From positions 2,212,361 through 2,246,947 of the forward strand of contig NC_057718.1 in NCBI RefSeq assembly GCF_004010195.1: 34,587 nucleotides of DNA, written 5' to 3'. The notes under the pieces were generated by a model that saw only the letters and a list, made by a program, of their open reading frames with translations, did not search any database and had not been told where the DNA came from. Within the stretch, counting starts at the first letter, position 1. Each line of letters begins with the position of its first letter. Source of the stretch: Chiloscyllium plagiosum (taxonomy: Eukaryota). Made by a program: the position numbers and the translations under genes. Below are positions 33,648 to 34,587 of this stretch, one piece after another.

Positions 33648-34583
33648 GTGAAAGCAACAGGGAGTATGGAGGTAAATGGCAAGATAAGCAGCAGGATAGA
33701 ATGTTTCCAGGCGGATTTAAAATTGAGGCAGACTGAGAATACAGTAAAAAGCAAGGATAACTTAGGACATATGACTTCCAACATCTCTAATGATAAGGAA
33801 GTTAGCATTAAGGCACTTTACCAGAATGCACGTAGCATACATAACAAAGCCGATGAACTAATGGCACAGATAATAGTGAATGATTATGATGTAGTAGGCA
33901 TCACAGAGACTTGGTTACAGGGGGGTCAGGACTGGCAGTTAAACCTCCATGGTTTTTCAACTTATCGAAAAGACAGAGAGGTGGGCAGAGGGGGTGGGGT
34001 TGCCTTGTTAGTTAAGAACAAAATTAAATCTATGGTATTGAATGACATAGCGTCGGATGATGTGGAGTCTGTGTGGGTGGAATTGAAGAACCACAAAGGC
34101 AAAAAAAACATAACTGGAGTTGTGTATAGACCTCCTAACAGTGGTCAGGACCAGGGACATAACATGTACCGGGAAATAGAGAAGGAATGTCAGAAAGGCA
34201 AGGTTACATTGATCATGGGAGACTTCAATATGCAGGTGGACTGGGTAAATAATGTTAGTGGATCTAAAGAAAGGGAATTCATGGAATGCTTACAGGATGG
34301 ATTTTTGGAACAGCTTGTCATGGAGCCCACAAGAGAGCAGGCTATTCTGGACCGAGTGCTTTGCAATGAACCAGACTCTATAAAAGATCTTAAAGTAAGG
34401 GAACCCTTAGGAAATAGCGACCATAATATGGTAGAGTTCAGGCTGGAGTTTGAAAGGGAGAAGGCAAAATCGGATGTAATGGTGTTAAGGTTGAATAAAG
34501 GTAATTATGAGGGCATGAGAGAGGAACTGACTAAAATAGACTGGAAGCAGAGGCTAACCGGGAAGACAGTAGAGCAAAAATAG
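33648..34583 (+). pseudogene. CR1 ORF2p apurinic/apyrimidinic-type endonuclease domain, with premature stop
   Basis: YQNARSIHNK, VGITETWL, GGGVALLV, GVVYRPP, IMGDFN, PTREQAILD, SDHNMV; TAG at 34581-34583 where Trp (TGG) would be expected. Confidence 0.9.
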
Positions 34584-34587
34584 CAGG

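Larger units (their letters stand above)
33076..34587 (+). mobile_element. Young 5'-truncated CR1 LINE (ORF1 C-terminus plus ORF2 N-terminus), runs off the window
   Basis: Two long open frames with intact esterase and APE motifs. Confidence 0.93.

Overview
Repeat-dense vertebrate genomic DNA, almost certainly from a shark or other elasmobranch (inferred from HE1/V-SINE-type SINEs and the CR1 and Penelope family types). It looks intronic or intergenic, and I recognised no host protein-coding exon. Most of the window is layered retroelement debris: many CR1 LINE 3' fragments, a second CR1/L2-group LINE family, tRNA-derived SINEs, and Penelope-like elements (PLEs, Neptune-type RT plus GIY-YIG). 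There are two assembly gaps (17183-17843, 25353-25647). Four things stand out. (1) A young CR1 at the right end has an SGNH-esterase ORF1 that ends on an in-frame U_UUA_AAC slippery heptamer, exactly where the -1 frame opens into the endonuclease ORF2, which suggests programmed -1 frameshifting. (2) Short fold-back PLE terminal-repeat insertions have 13-16 bp target-site duplications and are centred on minimal hammerhead-ribozyme motifs. (3) A ~1.9 kb head-to-head inverted PLE. (4) A minisatellite appears to have been amplified out of PLE RT coding sequence. Repeat boundaries were read by eye and are approximate, and family names come from recalled motifs, not database searches.
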